A stretch of 64,000 bases of DNA from Clostridiales bacterium (GCA_017513085.1 JAFWDK010000027.1:64001-128000); one strand, 5' to 3'. Shown: positions 1-10,650, counted from the stretch's first letter. A program made the numbers and translations. The notes: a model not told the origin generated them from the sequence alone.

Positions 1-87
1 ATGCTATTCAACTGTATCTACTCGACAAATTTCGACAATTGCCGTTGTTTTTCTGATCTGCCAAGCATTTTCTCAAGATGAAATCAC

Positions 88-124
88 AAAAAAGAGGGTG
101 AACTCTTTTTGAGTCACCCTCTTT
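88..124 (-). terminator. intrinsic terminator after the sugar ABC ATPase gene
   Basis: AAAGAGGGTGA...TCACCCTCTTT inverted repeat with a T-run on the minus strand, 30 nt after the stop at 153. Confidence 0.75.
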
Positions 125-152
125 AGATGATTTCTTAACTAAACCTGTCAGA

Positions 153-1268
153 TTAGGAAATGATGCTCTGCTCTGTATCCTTATCGAAGAGGTGAACACG
201 GTTAGCGTCAACAGCGATGTCAACAACCTCACCTACACGGGACTCGGAAGTGGTCGGGTCAACTCTTGCTGTCAGCGGGAGAGAACCGTTAACTGTTACA
301 TAGAGATATGTCTCAGCACCGAGCATCTCGACAACGTCTACGTCAGCGGAGAATGCAGATTCCGGATGCATGGATACGTAAGTTCCGTCATCTGTGAGAG
401 CCTCAGGACGAACACCGAAGATAACTTCTGTTCCGTCACGCTCGATAACTTCCGGTACGCAATAACGCTCAGCGAGCTTAATGGTTGTGTTCTCGAATGC
501 TACATAAACATCGTCGCCCTCAACCTGGATCATAGCGTTGATGAAGTTCATCGGCGGCATACCGATAAATCCTGCTACGAATGTGTTAACCGGGTTGTCA
601 TAGAGCTCCGTCGGGGAGTCAACCTGCTGGATGAAACCATCCTTCATAACTACGATACGGGTACCCATCGTCATAGCCTCTGTCTGGTCGTGAGTAACGT
701 AGATGATGGTTGTCTGCAGTCTCTGGTGGAGCTTAGTGATCTCAACACGCATCTGAACACGGAGCTTAGCGTCGAGGTTGGACAACGGCTCGTCCATGAG
801 GAATACCTTCGGGTCACGTACGATAGCACGGCCGAGAGCAACACGCTGACGCTGACCACCGGAGAGAGCCTTCGGCTTTCTGTCGAGGAGGTGCTCGATC
901 TCGAGGATCTTAGCAGCTTCCTGAACACGACGCTTGATCTCACCACGCTCAACCTTACGGAGCTTAAGACCAAATGCCATGTTGTCGAATACTGTCATGT
1001 GCGGATACAAAGCGTAGTTCTGGAAAACCATCGCGATGTCACGGTCCTTCGGGAGTACGTCGTTGATCAGACGATCGTCGATGTAGATCTCACCCTCGGA
1101 AATATCTTCGAGACCAGCGATCATACGAAGAGTTGTGGACTTACCGCAACCGGAAGGTCCTACCAGGATGATGAACTCCTTATCGGAAATTTCAAGATTG
1201 AAGTCAGATACAGCAACAACGCCGCCGTCATACTTCTTGTAAACATGCTGAAGTGATAAACTTGCCAT
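153..1268 (-). CDS. msmK: MsmK/MsmX/UgpC-family multiple-sugar ABC transporter ATP-binding protein (orphan ATPase)
   Basis: GPSGCGKST Walker A, VFQNYALYPHM, LSGGQRQR signature, DEPLSNLD, C-terminal TOBE region; GGAGG RBS. Confidence 0.92.
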   Translation of the reverse strand: MASLSLQHVYKKYDGGVVAVSDFNLEISDKEFIILVGPSGCGKSTTLRMIAGLEDISEGEIYIDDRLINDVLPKDRDIAMVFQNYALYPHMTVFDNMAFGLKLRKVERGEIKRRVQEAAKILEIEHLLDRKPKALSGGQRQRVALGRAIVRDPKVFLMDEPLSNLDAKLRVQMRVEITKLHQRLQTTIIYVTHDQTEAMTMGTRIVVMKDGFIQQVDSPTELYDNPVNTFVAGFIGMPPMNFINAMIQVEGDDVYVAFENTTIKLAERYCVPEVIERDGTEVIFGVRPEALTDDGTYVSMHPESAFSADVDVVEMLGAETYLYVTVNGSLPLTARVDPTTSESRVGEVVDIAVDANRVHLFDKDTEQSIIS

Positions 1269-1400
1269 TTTTTACCTCCAAATAGTATGCCCCCTCGGGC
1301 ACCTTTTTCATCTGCAATAACTATAACACGCGGGTAAATTAACGGCTACTCGTAAAACAACCAAAAAAATCGTCCGATTTTTGACACCCTCGCAGAGTGA

Positions 1401-1451
1401 TTGTTGCAACTTGACAAGTAATACTGAGAAGCGCTTGTGCAGAATGTACAA
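1401..1451. promoter_or_regulatory. two TTGT-N9-ACAA palindromes upstream of msmK (candidate activator sites)
   Basis: TTGTTGCAACTTGACAA at 1401-1417 and TTGTGCAGAATGTACAA at 1435-1451; extended -10 TGtTATAGT on the minus strand at 1320-1328. Confidence 0.45.
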
Positions 1452-1476
1452 TTTTTGTGATTTTTAGCTTCTCTAC

Positions 1477-1520
1477 TTGCTTTATGCAATTTTATTCAGT
1501 ATTCTGTATAAATATTAAAC
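1477..1520 (+). promoter_or_regulatory. argB promoter overlapped by tandem ARG boxes (ArgR operator)
   Basis: TTGCTT(1477)-17 bp-TATTCT(1500); ARG-box cores TGCAATTTTATTCA (1485-1498) and TGTATAAATATTAA (1505-1518), 18-mers 2 bp apart. Confidence 0.75.
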
Positions 1521-1602
1521 AGCATGATGGACAGTTCTTTTTCAAAGGAAAATGCACCGTGCATATAATAATATAATGATATCTATATATAAGGAGTCAC
1601 GT

Positions 1603-2550
1603 ATGGAGAAGGATCTTACACTTCCTACAGTCGGACACGACATGCAAAGTCTGATCAATAAGGCTGCCACGCTTATCGAGGCTTTACCGTACATACAGAG
1701 CCTGGCCGGCAAGACTATCGTTATCAAGTACGGCGGAAATGCTATGGTCAATGATGAACTCAAATCTTCAGTCATGGACGATATTGCACTTCTGAAGTGT
1801 GTCGGTATCAACCCCGTTCTGGTTCACGGCGGCGGACCGGACATCAGTAATATGCTCAAGAAGCTTAATATCGAGTCACATTTTGAGAACGGTCTTCGCG
1901 TAACGGATTCCAAGACCATGGCTGTTGCTCAGATGGTCCTCATCGGAAAAACAAATAAGGAAGTCGTTTCCTACCTTGGTCAGAAAGGCGTTAAGGCGAT
2001 CGGTATCTGCGGTATCGACGGTCACCTTATCGAGTGCGAAAAGATGACGGAAGACGCAAACGGCAATCCGATCGATGTCGGATTCGTCGGAAAGATCAAA
2101 AAGATCAATACCAAGGTCATCTCTACACTGGCCAACGACGAATATATTCCCGTCGTTGCTCCGATCGGAGTCGGTTCCGACGGTGAAAGCTATAATATCA
2201 ACGCAGACACGGTTGCTTCCGAGATCGCAGTGGCTCTCAAAGCCGAAAAGCTCATTACTTTGACCGATGTTGAAGGCGTCAAGGGCGTTCTGAAAGACGG
2301 AAAAGAACAGGTCTTCCCTGTCCTCACCGAGACGGACATCCATGAAATGATCGAATCCGGAGTGATCACCGGCGGAATGATCCCGAAAGTCACAGGCTGC
2401 CTGGATACGATCCGACGAGGCGTCGGCCGCGCACATATTATCGATGGCCGCGTCCCGCATAGTATTCTTCTTGAGATCTTCACCGGAAAGGGTATCGGAA
2501 CCATGATCATGCGGGAAAAGACACCTTATTTTGAGGGAGAAAAGATCTAA
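1603..2550 (+). CDS. argB: acetylglutamate kinase
   Basis: [25 protein letters not shown] motifs; start set at ATG 1603 after AAGGAG. Confidence 0.95.
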   Translation: MEKDLTLPTVGHDMQSLINKAATLIEALPYIQSLAGKTIVIKYGGNAMVNDELKSSVMDDIALLKCVGINPVLVHGGGPDISNMLKKLNIESHFENGLRVTDSKTMAVAQMVLIGKTNKEVVSYLGQKGVKAIGICGIDGHLIECEKMTEDANGNPIDVGFVGKIKKINTKVISTLANDEYIPVVAPIGVGSDGESYNINADTVASEIAVALKAEKLITLTDVEGVKGVLKDGKEQVFPVLTETDIHEMIESGVITGGMIPKVTGCLDTIRRGVGRAHIIDGRVPHSILLEIFTGKGIGTMIMREKTPYFEGEKI

Positions 2551-2567
2551 AGTTCGAGGTAACAACA

Positions 2568-3830
2568 ATGACTGATTTAACAAATGACATAAAAGAAACA
2601 AAAGAAATCAAAGATAAATCTAAAGATTCCCAGGCCAAACTTGAGCAGATCGTCGCCTATGACGAGCAGTTCTATCTGCCGGTTTTCGGGAAACGCGTAC
2701 CGCTCGTTGTCGATCACGGAAGAAATGTATATCTGTATGGTACGGACGGGAAAAAGTACATGGACATGATCGGTGGTATCGCCGTCAACACACTGGGACA
2801 TAACAACGGCCGTCTGACACGTGCGATCGCTTCCCAGGCAAGAAAAGTGATCCATTGCTGCAACTACTATTACAATGAGCCGCAGACCTTGCTGGCAAAA
2901 AAGCTGGTTGAAAAGAGCTTCGCCGATAAAGTTTTCTTCGCCAATTCCGGTGCGGAAGCAAACGAGGGAGCGATCAAGCTGGCACGCGGATACTGGTACC
3001 ACAAGGGTACGCCCAAGCCGAAGATCATCACCGCCACCATGTCATTTCACGGTCGTACGATGGCAACGATCGCCGCAACAGGCCAGGAAAAATTCCGTGC
3101 CCCGTTCGGTCCGAATGTCCCTGGATTTGATTATGTTCCGTATAACGATATCAACGCTTTAAAAGCAGCCTGCGACAGTGAGACCGGCGCCGTCATGCTC
3201 GAACTGATCCAGGGCGAAAGCGGTGTCCACCCGGCTGATTTTGACTATGTACAGGCAGTAAGAAAATTCTGCACAGAGAACAAGATCCTTCTGATCATCG
3301 ACGAAGTGCAGACAGGCGTAGGACGTACCGGAACCTTCTTCGCATATGAGCAGTATGGCATCCAGCCGGATATTCTGACTTTGGCAAAAGGACTTGCCGG
3401 CGGTGTTCCGATCGGCGCAGTGCTGGCCAACAAGATGGCTTCGAGCGGATTTGTTCCGGGCGACCATGGCTCCACATTCGGTGGTAACCCGCTTGCTTGC
3501 GCAGCCGGCCTGGCAGTTATCGAAGAGATCGAATCCAAGAATCTGCTTGCTAACGTTAACAATGTCAGCGCATATCTACAAAAGAAGCTGGCCAATGTTG
3601 CCAAAAAGACACACAAGATCGCGGAAGTCCGCGGCAAAGGATTCCTTCTCGGTATCGAGCTTGACAGCGGTTCTTCTTATGACGTAAAGATGAAGCTTTT
3701 CGAGAAAGGTTTCCTCGTAAGTTCGATCGGCTCCAACGTGATCCGTATCGCACCACCATTGATCTTAAGCCGTTTCCAGGCTATCAAATTCGTCTCTGCA
3801 TTGCAGGATGTTTTACAAGGAAAGGAGTAA
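2568..3830 (+). CDS. argD: acetylornithine aminotransferase
   Basis: NSGAEANE, FHGRT, DEVQTG, PLP lysine in AKGLAGG, HGSTFGGNP; lies between argB and argF. Confidence 0.93.
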   Translation: MTDLTNDIKETKEIKDKSKDSQAKLEQIVAYDEQFYLPVFGKRVPLVVDHGRNVYLYGTDGKKYMDMIGGIAVNTLGHNNGRLTRAIASQARKVIHCCNYYYNEPQTLLAKKLVEKSFADKVFFANSGAEANEGAIKLARGYWYHKGTPKPKIITATMSFHGRTMATIAATGQEKFRAPFGPNVPGFDYVPYNDINALKAACDSETGAVMLELIQGESGVHPADFDYVQAVRKFCTENKILLIIDEVQTGVGRTGTFFAYEQYGIQPDILTLAKGLAGGVPIGAVLANKMASSGFVPGDHGSTFGGNPLACAAGLAVIEEIESKNLLANVNNVSAYLQKKLANVAKKTHKIAEVRGKGFLLGIELDSGSSYDVKMKLFEKGFLVSSIGSNVIRIAPPLILSRFQAIKFVSALQDVLQGKE

Positions 3831-4769
3831 ATGAATATGAAACACTACATTGATTTTCACGAAGACGTATCGATCCCGGAGCTTTCCGCTCTCTTAGATA
3901 CCGCAATTGACCTGAAGGCAAAAACCAAGGCCGGTATTCCGCATCCGATCCTTGCCGGCAAGACCCTCGGCATGATCTTCACAAAATCTTCGACCCGTAC
4001 ACGTGTCTCCTTCGAAGTAGGCATGTACCAGTTAGGCGGTCATGCTCTTTTCCTTAGCGGAGACGATATCCAGATCGGTCGTGGAGAAACTATTTATGAC
4101 ACTGCCAACGTTCTTTCGAGAATGGTTGACGGTATCATGATCCGTACCTTCTCTCATCAGGACATCGTTGATCTTGCCAAATACGGCAGTGTACCGGTCA
4201 TCAATGGTCTTTCCGATGATCAGCATCCGACTCAGGTCCTGGCTGACCTTCTTACGATCAAGGAACACAAAGGCGAACTCAAGGGCTTAAAGCTCGCATA
4301 TGTCGGCGACGGTAACAATATGGCCAATTCTCTTCTCCATGCTTGCGCCAAGGCCGGTATGGATATATCCGTGGCTTCCCCGAAAGACTACACCTGCCCG
4401 GAGAAGTATGTTCTTCAGGCTCAGAAAGATGCAGCCATTACAGGGTCTAAGATCGTCATGACCGAAGATCCGTATGTTGCCTGCAAAGATGCAGACGTCA
4501 TCTACACAGATACATGGGCCAGCATGGGACAGGAATCCGAAAAAGCGATCCGTGCGCAGATCTTCAAAGATTATCAGGTCAATTCCGATCTTTTCGCTGT
4601 AGCGGATAAAGATGCTATCTTCCTGCACTGTCTGCCTGCCTATCGTGGATATGAAGTGACGGAAGACATCATTGACGGACCTCGTTCGTTCGTATTTGAC
4701 GAGGCAGAAAACCGTCTGCACGCACACAAGGCGATCCTCGTTCATTTGATGAGTGAGAAGTATGCTTGA
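3831..4769 (+). CDS. argF: ornithine carbamoyltransferase
   Basis: SSTRTR, HPTQ, SMG and HCLP motifs. Confidence 0.96.
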   Translation: MNMKHYIDFHEDVSIPELSALLDTAIDLKAKTKAGIPHPILAGKTLGMIFTKSSTRTRVSFEVGMYQLGGHALFLSGDDIQIGRGETIYDTANVLSRMVDGIMIRTFSHQDIVDLAKYGSVPVINGLSDDQHPTQVLADLLTIKEHKGELKGLKLAYVGDGNNMANSLLHACAKAGMDISVASPKDYTCPEKYVLQAQKDAAITGSKIVMTEDPYVACKDADVIYTDTWASMGQESEKAIRAQIFKDYQVNSDLFAVADKDAIFLHCLPAYRGYEVTEDIIDGPRSFVFDEAENRLHAHKAILVHLMSEKYA

Positions 4770-5286
4770 CATTCACGTTCGTGTTGCCAGATATGATGAA
4801 GCAGAGATCATCTGCAAGCTTGTGCACGAGTCTATGTCTTCCTATTGCCGCGATTCCGGCATTCCTGACGATTATATCGAGGCTACCACCGAGGCGGTGG
4901 ATGTTGTAAGAGACGCCATCGCCTCCGGTGTTGTTTTTGTTGCACTCAGTAATTACGAAGAGATCCTCGGCACATGTCGTTTGTACATCCGCCCCAAGCG
5001 CGAATTCGGTGCCTCGATTCCTTCCTCGCGCAAGTACTCTTCACGGGTCGCCTATTTCGCGCGTTTTTCCGTATGGGATGCCTGGAGAAGCAAAGGGATC
5101 GGCAATTTTCTTTTGAAGTTTTGCGAGAAGATCGCTTCCGAAACAGGATGCTCCCATATGCTTCTTCATACAGCACTGAGCAATGAAAATATGGTGTCGT
5201 ACTATCAGTCCCGCGGTTTTGATATCGTTTCATCAGACAACAGCCGCGGATATGAGCGCGGGCTGTTCAGCAAAGCTCTGAAATAG
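4762..5286 (+). CDS. GNAT-family N-acetyltransferase
   Basis: WRSKGIG acetyl-CoA motif A and YYQSRGF motif; overlaps the argF stop by 8 bp. Confidence 0.8.
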   Translation: MLDIHVRVARYDEAEIICKLVHESMSSYCRDSGIPDDYIEATTEAVDVVRDAIASGVVFVALSNYEEILGTCRLYIRPKREFGASIPSSRKYSSRVAYFARFSVWDAWRSKGIGNFLLKFCEKIASETGCSHMLLHTALSNENMVSYYQSRGFDIVSSDNSRGYERGLFSKALK

Positions 5287-5455
5287 TGCTTTGCCATCAA
5301 AAAAATCTCACATTTTATTATTTTGAAGTATCGTTTTTATGCTTTGTTCAGAGAAGTATGCTTTTGACGTATAATCCATTTAGAATCCCGAATTGACCTG
5401 CACATTTTCAACGAAAAAATGAATAAAATAACACAAAGTCATATTTTCGAGGAAA

Positions 5456-6109
5456 ATGGCGCATATGAATAACTTCAAAGAATACAGGCTTCGTGCCAAT
5501 CTCAGCCAGATGCAATTAGCCGAGAAACTCCATGTTTCCCAGGCCTGTGTCTCGCGCTGGGAAAACTCCAATGCGTATCCGGAGATCGAAAGCGGCCGCA
5601 AACTTTCGGCCATGCTCCACATCTCTCTCGATGAGCTCTACGATAATCCCTATGATTTTGGATCGATCGAAGTACCTGTATACCAACGCATCACTAACTT
5701 ATTTGAAAAATCTTTGAGCACACGCCCCGGCGCTGTACTCTTTTTGTCATACCGTGAAATGGAAATGCTCTATCCACGTGCACAGCGTAAAGCCGCTCAC
5801 CCTCAGATCTCGGCCGAAGACTTTTTCGGTTTTTACTGTTCGGATAGCTTGATGCAACCGGTCATCCGGCCCAACTCCGTTAACGTGATCTACCGGACCG
5901 AAAACATCTATTCCGGTTCGATCCATCTCGTCAGCATCGATGAGGAAGATTGTGTCCTGGCACGTCTGACTGAACTTCCTCACTCGGTCGTCGCCGTGAC
6001 CAACATTGAAAAAGGGACCAGCGAAGAGTTCAAATCCTCCAAACTTCACTCGGATCTTCTGAAGGTCTTCGGTGTAGTCGTGCAGACAAGGAACAATTTC
6101 TTCCTATGA
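5456..6109 (+). CDS. XRE-family HTH regulator with a degenerate S24-like C-terminal domain
   Basis: LSQMQLAEKLHVSQACVSRWE HTH; C-terminal DSLMQP...VFGVVV resembles the S24/LexA fold. Confidence 0.75.
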   Translation: MAHMNNFKEYRLRANLSQMQLAEKLHVSQACVSRWENSNAYPEIESGRKLSAMLHISLDELYDNPYDFGSIEVPVYQRITNLFEKSLSTRPGAVLFLSYREMEMLYPRAQRKAAHPQISAEDFFGFYCSDSLMQPVIRPNSVNVIYRTENIYSGSIHLVSIDEEDCVLARLTELPHSVVAVTNIEKGTSEEFKSSKLHSDLLKVFGVVVQTRNNFFL

Positions 6110-6117
6110 TCTTCCGA

Positions 6118-7035
6118 TCAGATCGTGGTTACCGGATAAGCTGACCACCCGTCCTCTTCCAATTGCCTGCACGCTTCCGATGCAAGGAGATCCCTGATGG
6201 CCTCCTCGTTCTCAAATATACCGAATACCGCACTTCCCGAGCCACTCATAGCAGTATAGAAAGCTCCGTAAGCTTGCATGAGCGGGAACGCCCGACCGAT
6301 CTCCGGTACCTCTGTCAAAGCCGCCGCCTGCAGATCGTTGGTCCATATCCGGCAGACTTTCTTCACCCGATCGATCGGAGAAACTGTCTCTTCGGGAAAC
6401 AAAAACTCTTCCAGCATCGCATGCTCTTCGTCCGAAAGTACCGTAGCCCGGCCTTCCTCATCGAACCGTCTATAGCAGGCTTGTGTCGACACGCCCTGTT
6501 GCGGCTTCATCAACAGGACCGGCAATTCCTGAAGCGGAAGAGCTTCCTGCATGACCTCCCCGATCCCTGAACACCGGACCGTCCCACCTTTCAGAAAAAA
6601 CGGCACATCCGCCCCGATCTTCACCGCCATAGCAATCAATTCCTCTTCGTCGACTGTTCCCGGGAACAGTTCAAAAAGCGCCCGAAGCACGGCCGCTCCA
6701 TCTGTACTTCCGCCGCCCAGGCCGGCCTGAGCCGGAATATGTTTTTCCAGATCGATACTGATATCGCAATTCTGATCTTCCATTTTCTGCTGAAAAAGCA
6801 CTGCCGCCCGGTACGCAGTGTTCTTAGCAGGGTCCGAATTAAGATACCCGGCGTCCGTTTTGATCTCGACACGGCCGGTTCCTCCTTCTTTCTTCGTCTT
6901 CACGTCCACCGTGACCCGATCGTACAGCGCAAGCGCCTGCATACAGCTGTCAATGAGGTGATATCCGTCTTCTCTTCTTCCCGGAAGATAAAGATACAGA
7001 TTGATTTTGGCCGGAGCCATCTTAACTATGCGCAT
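6118..7035 (-). CDS. ispE: 4-diphosphocytidyl-2-C-methyl-D-erythritol kinase
   Basis: PAKINL, GYH, AGLGGGSTD, GADVPFF, MSGSGS; start after CAGGAG. Confidence 0.93.
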   Translation of the reverse strand: MRIVKMAPAKINLYLYLPGRREDGYHLIDSCMQALALYDRVTVDVKTKKEGGTGRVEIKTDAGYLNSDPAKNTAYRAAVLFQQKMEDQNCDISIDLEKHIPAQAGLGGGSTDGAAVLRALFELFPGTVDEEELIAMAVKIGADVPFFLKGGTVRCSGIGEVMQEALPLQELPVLLMKPQQGVSTQACYRRFDEEGRATVLSDEEHAMLEEFLFPEETVSPIDRVKKVCRIWTNDLQAAALTEVPEIGRAFPLMQAYGAFYTAMSGSGSAVFGIFENEEAIRDLLASEACRQLEEDGWSAYPVTTI

Positions 7036-7048
7036 ATCGTTCTCCTGT

Positions 7049-7103
7049 AAAAAAACAGCCGCCATGCCGTGCACTGATCTCATGCACAAACATATGCGGC
7101 TGT
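7049..7103 (-). terminator. terminator-like hairpin between veg and ispE
   Basis: ACAGCCGC...GCGGCTGT followed by a T-run on the minus strand, just before the ispE RBS. Confidence 0.55.
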
Positions 7104-7125
7104 CATCGTTTCTAATTTACTAAGA

Positions 7126-7386
7126 TCAGCTTGCCTGTGTCTCCGCGACGGCAGCGATGTGAACCACCTTCGTAAGAACATCGATGTAGCTGTAGGAAAC
7201 CACTTCCTGGGAAGAAGCAACCTTTCTGTTGCACTTCACGGTAAACATATTCGGATAGCAATGATCCAGAATACCTTCGTGAACAATGATTCTCTTGCGG
7301 CCACCGTTAGATGTCAGTCGAACAGTTCTGCCGATATATGCTTCAAGACGCTTCTTGCACTCGTCAACATCTGTTTTCACAATCAC
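7126..7386 (-). CDS. veg: Veg family protein
   Basis: GGRKR and SYSYIDVLT motifs; veg-ispE synteny; GTG start with GGAGG. Confidence 0.9.
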   Translation of the reverse strand: MIVKTDVDECKKRLEAYIGRTVRLTSNGGRKRIIVHEGILDHCYPNMFTVKCNRKVASSQEVVSYSYIDVLTKVVHIAAVAETQAS

Positions 7387-7435
7387 TAGCCCGTACCTCC
7401 ATGATCTTGGAATCAGTAAAACCTTCTGTTACAGA

Positions 7436-7464
7436 ATTATATCAAGGCTTTTCGGGCTTGTCAA
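7436..7464 (-). promoter_or_regulatory. consensus sigmaA promoter of veg
   Basis: TTGACA-17 bp-TATAAT with extended TG, perfect consensus. Confidence 0.85.
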
Positions 7465-7657
7465 CGAAAAGCACAACTTCTTGTGGTCAAATTATACAAA
7501 GAAGCCAAAATATAGTGTTTTCTTTTTGGAAAATATTCTGATCTTTCGCTTCCCAAATGTAACGAAATTGTCATTTCCGGTTGGCATTACGTAAGGGAAA
7601 GCATATAATGGAATGCGGATCGTAGAAACAAAAAATTATGTAAGTGAGGGCCGGATC

Positions 7658-9328
7658 ATGTTAAGTGATATTGAAATCGCACGTAATGCCGAGATGCTGC
7701 CAATCGAAAAGATTGCCGAAAAACTGGATATTCCACGTGAAGACCTGGAATTCTATGGAAAGTACAAGGCCAAACTGCCGCTTAAGATCCTGAAAGAAAG
7801 AAAAGACAAGAAGGACGGCAAGCTCGTGCTGGTTACCGCCATGAACCCGACTCCTGCCGGAGAAGGAAAAACGACCGTAAGTATCGGTCTGGCACAGGCT
7901 CTCAACAAATTGGACAAGAATGCGATGCTCGCGCTTCGTGAACCATCGCTCGGACCTGTCTTCGGCATCAAGGGCGGTGCTGCAGGCGGCGGATATTCAC
8001 AAGTCGTCCCGATGGATGATATCAACCTTCACTTCACCGGCGACCTTCACGCGATCACCTCGGCCAACAATCTTTTAGCCGCCATGATCGACAATCACCT
8101 TTACCAGGGTAATGAACTCCGTCTGGATAAAGAGCGTATCCTTTGGAAACGTTGTCTGGACATGAATGACCGCGCTCTCCGAAGCCTGAACCTCGGTGTC
8201 GGCGGCGGCGTTAACGGTGTACCGAGAAACGAAGTTTTCTCGATAACTGCCGCCAGTGAGATCATGGCGATCTTGTGCCTGGCTTCCGATATGGAAGATT
8301 TGAAGAAACGTCTGGCTAATATTGCCATTGCATACGATATGGACGGTAATATCGTCCGTGCCAGCGCACTTCATGCCGAGGGTGCTATGAGTGTGCTTCT
8401 GAAAGATGCGATCTGCCCGAACCTCGTGCAGTCACTCGAACACACACCGGCGCTGATCCATGGCGGTCCTTTTGCCAACATTGCGCACGGATGCAACAGT
8501 GTCATTGCTACCAGAATGGCATTAAAGCTCGCAGATATCGTAGTTACGGAAGCAGGCTTCGGTGCTGATCTTGGCGCAGAGAAATTCCTTGACATCAAGT
8601 GCAGAACCGCCGGTATCTGGCCGAATGCCGTTGTAATCGTAGCTACTGTCCGTTCCTTGAAGTACAATGCCGGCATCCCGAAGGAAGAACTGAATCTTCC
8701 GAATGCCGAGGCTGTAGCGAAGGGCTTCCCGAACCTTGCCAAGCATATTGAGAACATCCTTAGCTTCGGCATTCCTTGCGTAGTTGCCAGCAACCAGTTC
8801 CTTTCCGATACTCCGGAAGAACTCGATACATTGCGTCGCCTCTGCGAAGAAAAGGGTGCCAAGTTTGCGCCTGCCCAGATTTTTGCCAAGGGTGGCGAAG
8901 GCGGCATCGAACTGGCCAATGCCGTTCTTGAAGCCATCGACACGACAAGCGAAGGCCCACACTATATGTATGAATTGGATATGCCGGTCGAAAAGAAGAT
9001 CGAAGCGATCGCCAAGAATATTTATGGCGCCGCTAATGTCGAGATCCTTCCTGAAGCAATGAAGAAGATCGAAGACTTCACAAAAGCCGGTTTTGGAAAA
9101 TGCCCGGTCTGCATCGCCAAGACCCAGTATTCCCTTTCCGATAATCTGAAAGTTCTCGGTCGTCCGGAAGGATTTACACTTACAGTACGTGACATCTGGC
9201 TTTCTGCCGGTGCCGGATTCCTGGTCGCGCTCACCGGTGCGATCGTAACCATGCCGGGTCTTCCGAAACATCCTGCTGCCATGGACATCGACATTGATGC
9301 TGATGGCGTGATCGAAGGGCTGTTCTGA
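7658..9328 (+). CDS. fhs: formate--tetrahydrofolate ligase
   Basis: [42 protein letters not shown]. Confidence 0.96.
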   Translation: MLSDIEIARNAEMLPIEKIAEKLDIPREDLEFYGKYKAKLPLKILKERKDKKDGKLVLVTAMNPTPAGEGKTTVSIGLAQALNKLDKNAMLALREPSLGPVFGIKGGAAGGGYSQVVPMDDINLHFTGDLHAITSANNLLAAMIDNHLYQGNELRLDKERILWKRCLDMNDRALRSLNLGVGGGVNGVPRNEVFSITAASEIMAILCLASDMEDLKKRLANIAIAYDMDGNIVRASALHAEGAMSVLLKDAICPNLVQSLEHTPALIHGGPFANIAHGCNSVIATRMALKLADIVVTEAGFGADLGAEKFLDIKCRTAGIWPNAVVIVATVRSLKYNAGIPKEELNLPNAEAVAKGFPNLAKHIENILSFGIPCVVASNQFLSDTPEELDTLRRLCEEKGAKFAPAQIFAKGGEGGIELANAVLEAIDTTSEGPHYMYELDMPVEKKIEAIAKNIYGAANVEILPEAMKKIEDFTKAGFGKCPVCIAKTQYSLSDNLKVLGRPEGFTLTVRDIWLSAGAGFLVALTGAIVTMPGLPKHPAAMDIDIDADGVIEGLF

Positions 9329-9334
9329 TACTTT

Positions 9335-10642
9335 ATGAAGAATCCGAAGAGCAATTATATCATCGATGCTGTCCGCATCCGCAGAAAGCGCCGCATCATC
9401 CGTGGCGTAGTTGCCTGTGCGGCAGTTATTCTTGTAAGTTTTGTCATATTCTTCATATACATACTCAATCTTAAAGAAGATATCGATGAGAGTTTTGACG
9501 ATGAGCCGGTCGTGACACCGTCCGCTTATTCATTTGCGTCCACGGAAGAGACTGACACATCCGACTCTTCCGGCAGTGATACATCATCCGGGACCGTTCC
9601 TTCGGATGATCCGACCACCGAAGCGCAGACCTCCGCTTCCGACGAGAATGAATCGCAGATGTCTTCCGGAGAGGATACGATGGAAGATTCCACATCCGAT
9701 ACACTTGCTCCGGATGACACCAACGAAACGACCGAAACTACGCCTAATCTCCAACCCGACGAGACTATGCATCACGAACCGGTGCTTTTTCCGCAGAAGT
9801 ATCCGCTTCAGACAGTGACGCATGCCGAGCGTGATCAGGCTTACGCGTCTTTGAAACAGTCCGTGAAGAAATATATCGCTGACCACGACACTGCGCGTAT
9901 CGGTTTTCATTACATCAATCTCAGCACCAGTGAGTCTTTCGGTTATAACGACGTGGCGCCTTTTGTCGTCGGATCGTGCATCCATGTTCCTTTTGCCAAG
10001 ATGCTTTGCGACGATATAAAAGACCGTCGTGCCACCATCGACCGTCTTTTTACCTATTCGAAACAAGAATCCGATTCCGAGATCCTTTCCAAGGTCGCAG
10101 CTTCACCTGAGGGCAAGCAGTTCTATGCTTACCAGTTGCTGGATTATTCTTTGAAATATGGTGACGGCGTGGCTATGAATATGCTCATCGAGTCTATGGG
10201 AGGAATGGAAGGAGTCCTCTCCCGTTTGAAAACCGAAACAAAAGGTGTCGACTTCTCTGCGCTTCAGCGCTACGAGGACTATAAAAAAATCCCGCAGGCC
10301 GGTGCGCACCGTTCTTCCGCATACGATCTGGCCAACTATGCGGAAGCGCTATACTGGAGCTACATCTCCTATCCGGAGTCCTATCAGCCTATTATCGATT
10401 CAATGGCCGGTTGCGATTCCAACTGGGGCGTCGGTAAGCAGTTCCCTTCCGGCACCACGATATTACATCGTACAGGAAGCAATACCACTTTCCATAGCGA
10501 GTGCGATGTAGCCATCATTCTTTCTACGGAACCGGTAGTCGTCAGTGTGACCGTAGAGGCTGAAACGCCGGAAGAATGCAAGGAGATCCAGTCAGCATTG
10601 GGCGCTCTTGTATACAATTTTTTAAGTTACTGTCACACATAG
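9335..10642 (+). CDS. membrane-anchored class A beta-lactamase-like (serine hydrolase fold) protein with degenerate motifs
   Basis: N-terminal TM helix, Ser/Thr/Asp-rich linker, SCIH / YGD / HRTG at the SxxK / SDN / KTG positions. Confidence 0.65.
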   Translation: MKNPKSNYIIDAVRIRRKRRIIRGVVACAAVILVSFVIFFIYILNLKEDIDESFDDEPVVTPSAYSFASTEETDTSDSSGSDTSSGTVPSDDPTTEAQTSASDENESQMSSGEDTMEDSTSDTLAPDDTNETTETTPNLQPDETMHHEPVLFPQKYPLQTVTHAERDQAYASLKQSVKKYIADHDTARIGFHYINLSTSESFGYNDVAPFVVGSCIHVPFAKMLCDDIKDRRATIDRLFTYSKQESDSEILSKVAASPEGKQFYAYQLLDYSLKYGDGVAMNMLIESMGGMEGVLSRLKTETKGVDFSALQRYEDYKKIPQAGAHRSSAYDLANYAEALYWSYISYPESYQPIIDSMAGCDSNWGVGKQFPSGTTILHRTGSNTTFHSECDVAIILSTEPVVVSVTVEAETPEECKEIQSALGALVYNFLSYCHT

Positions 10643-10650
10643 CAGTTTTA

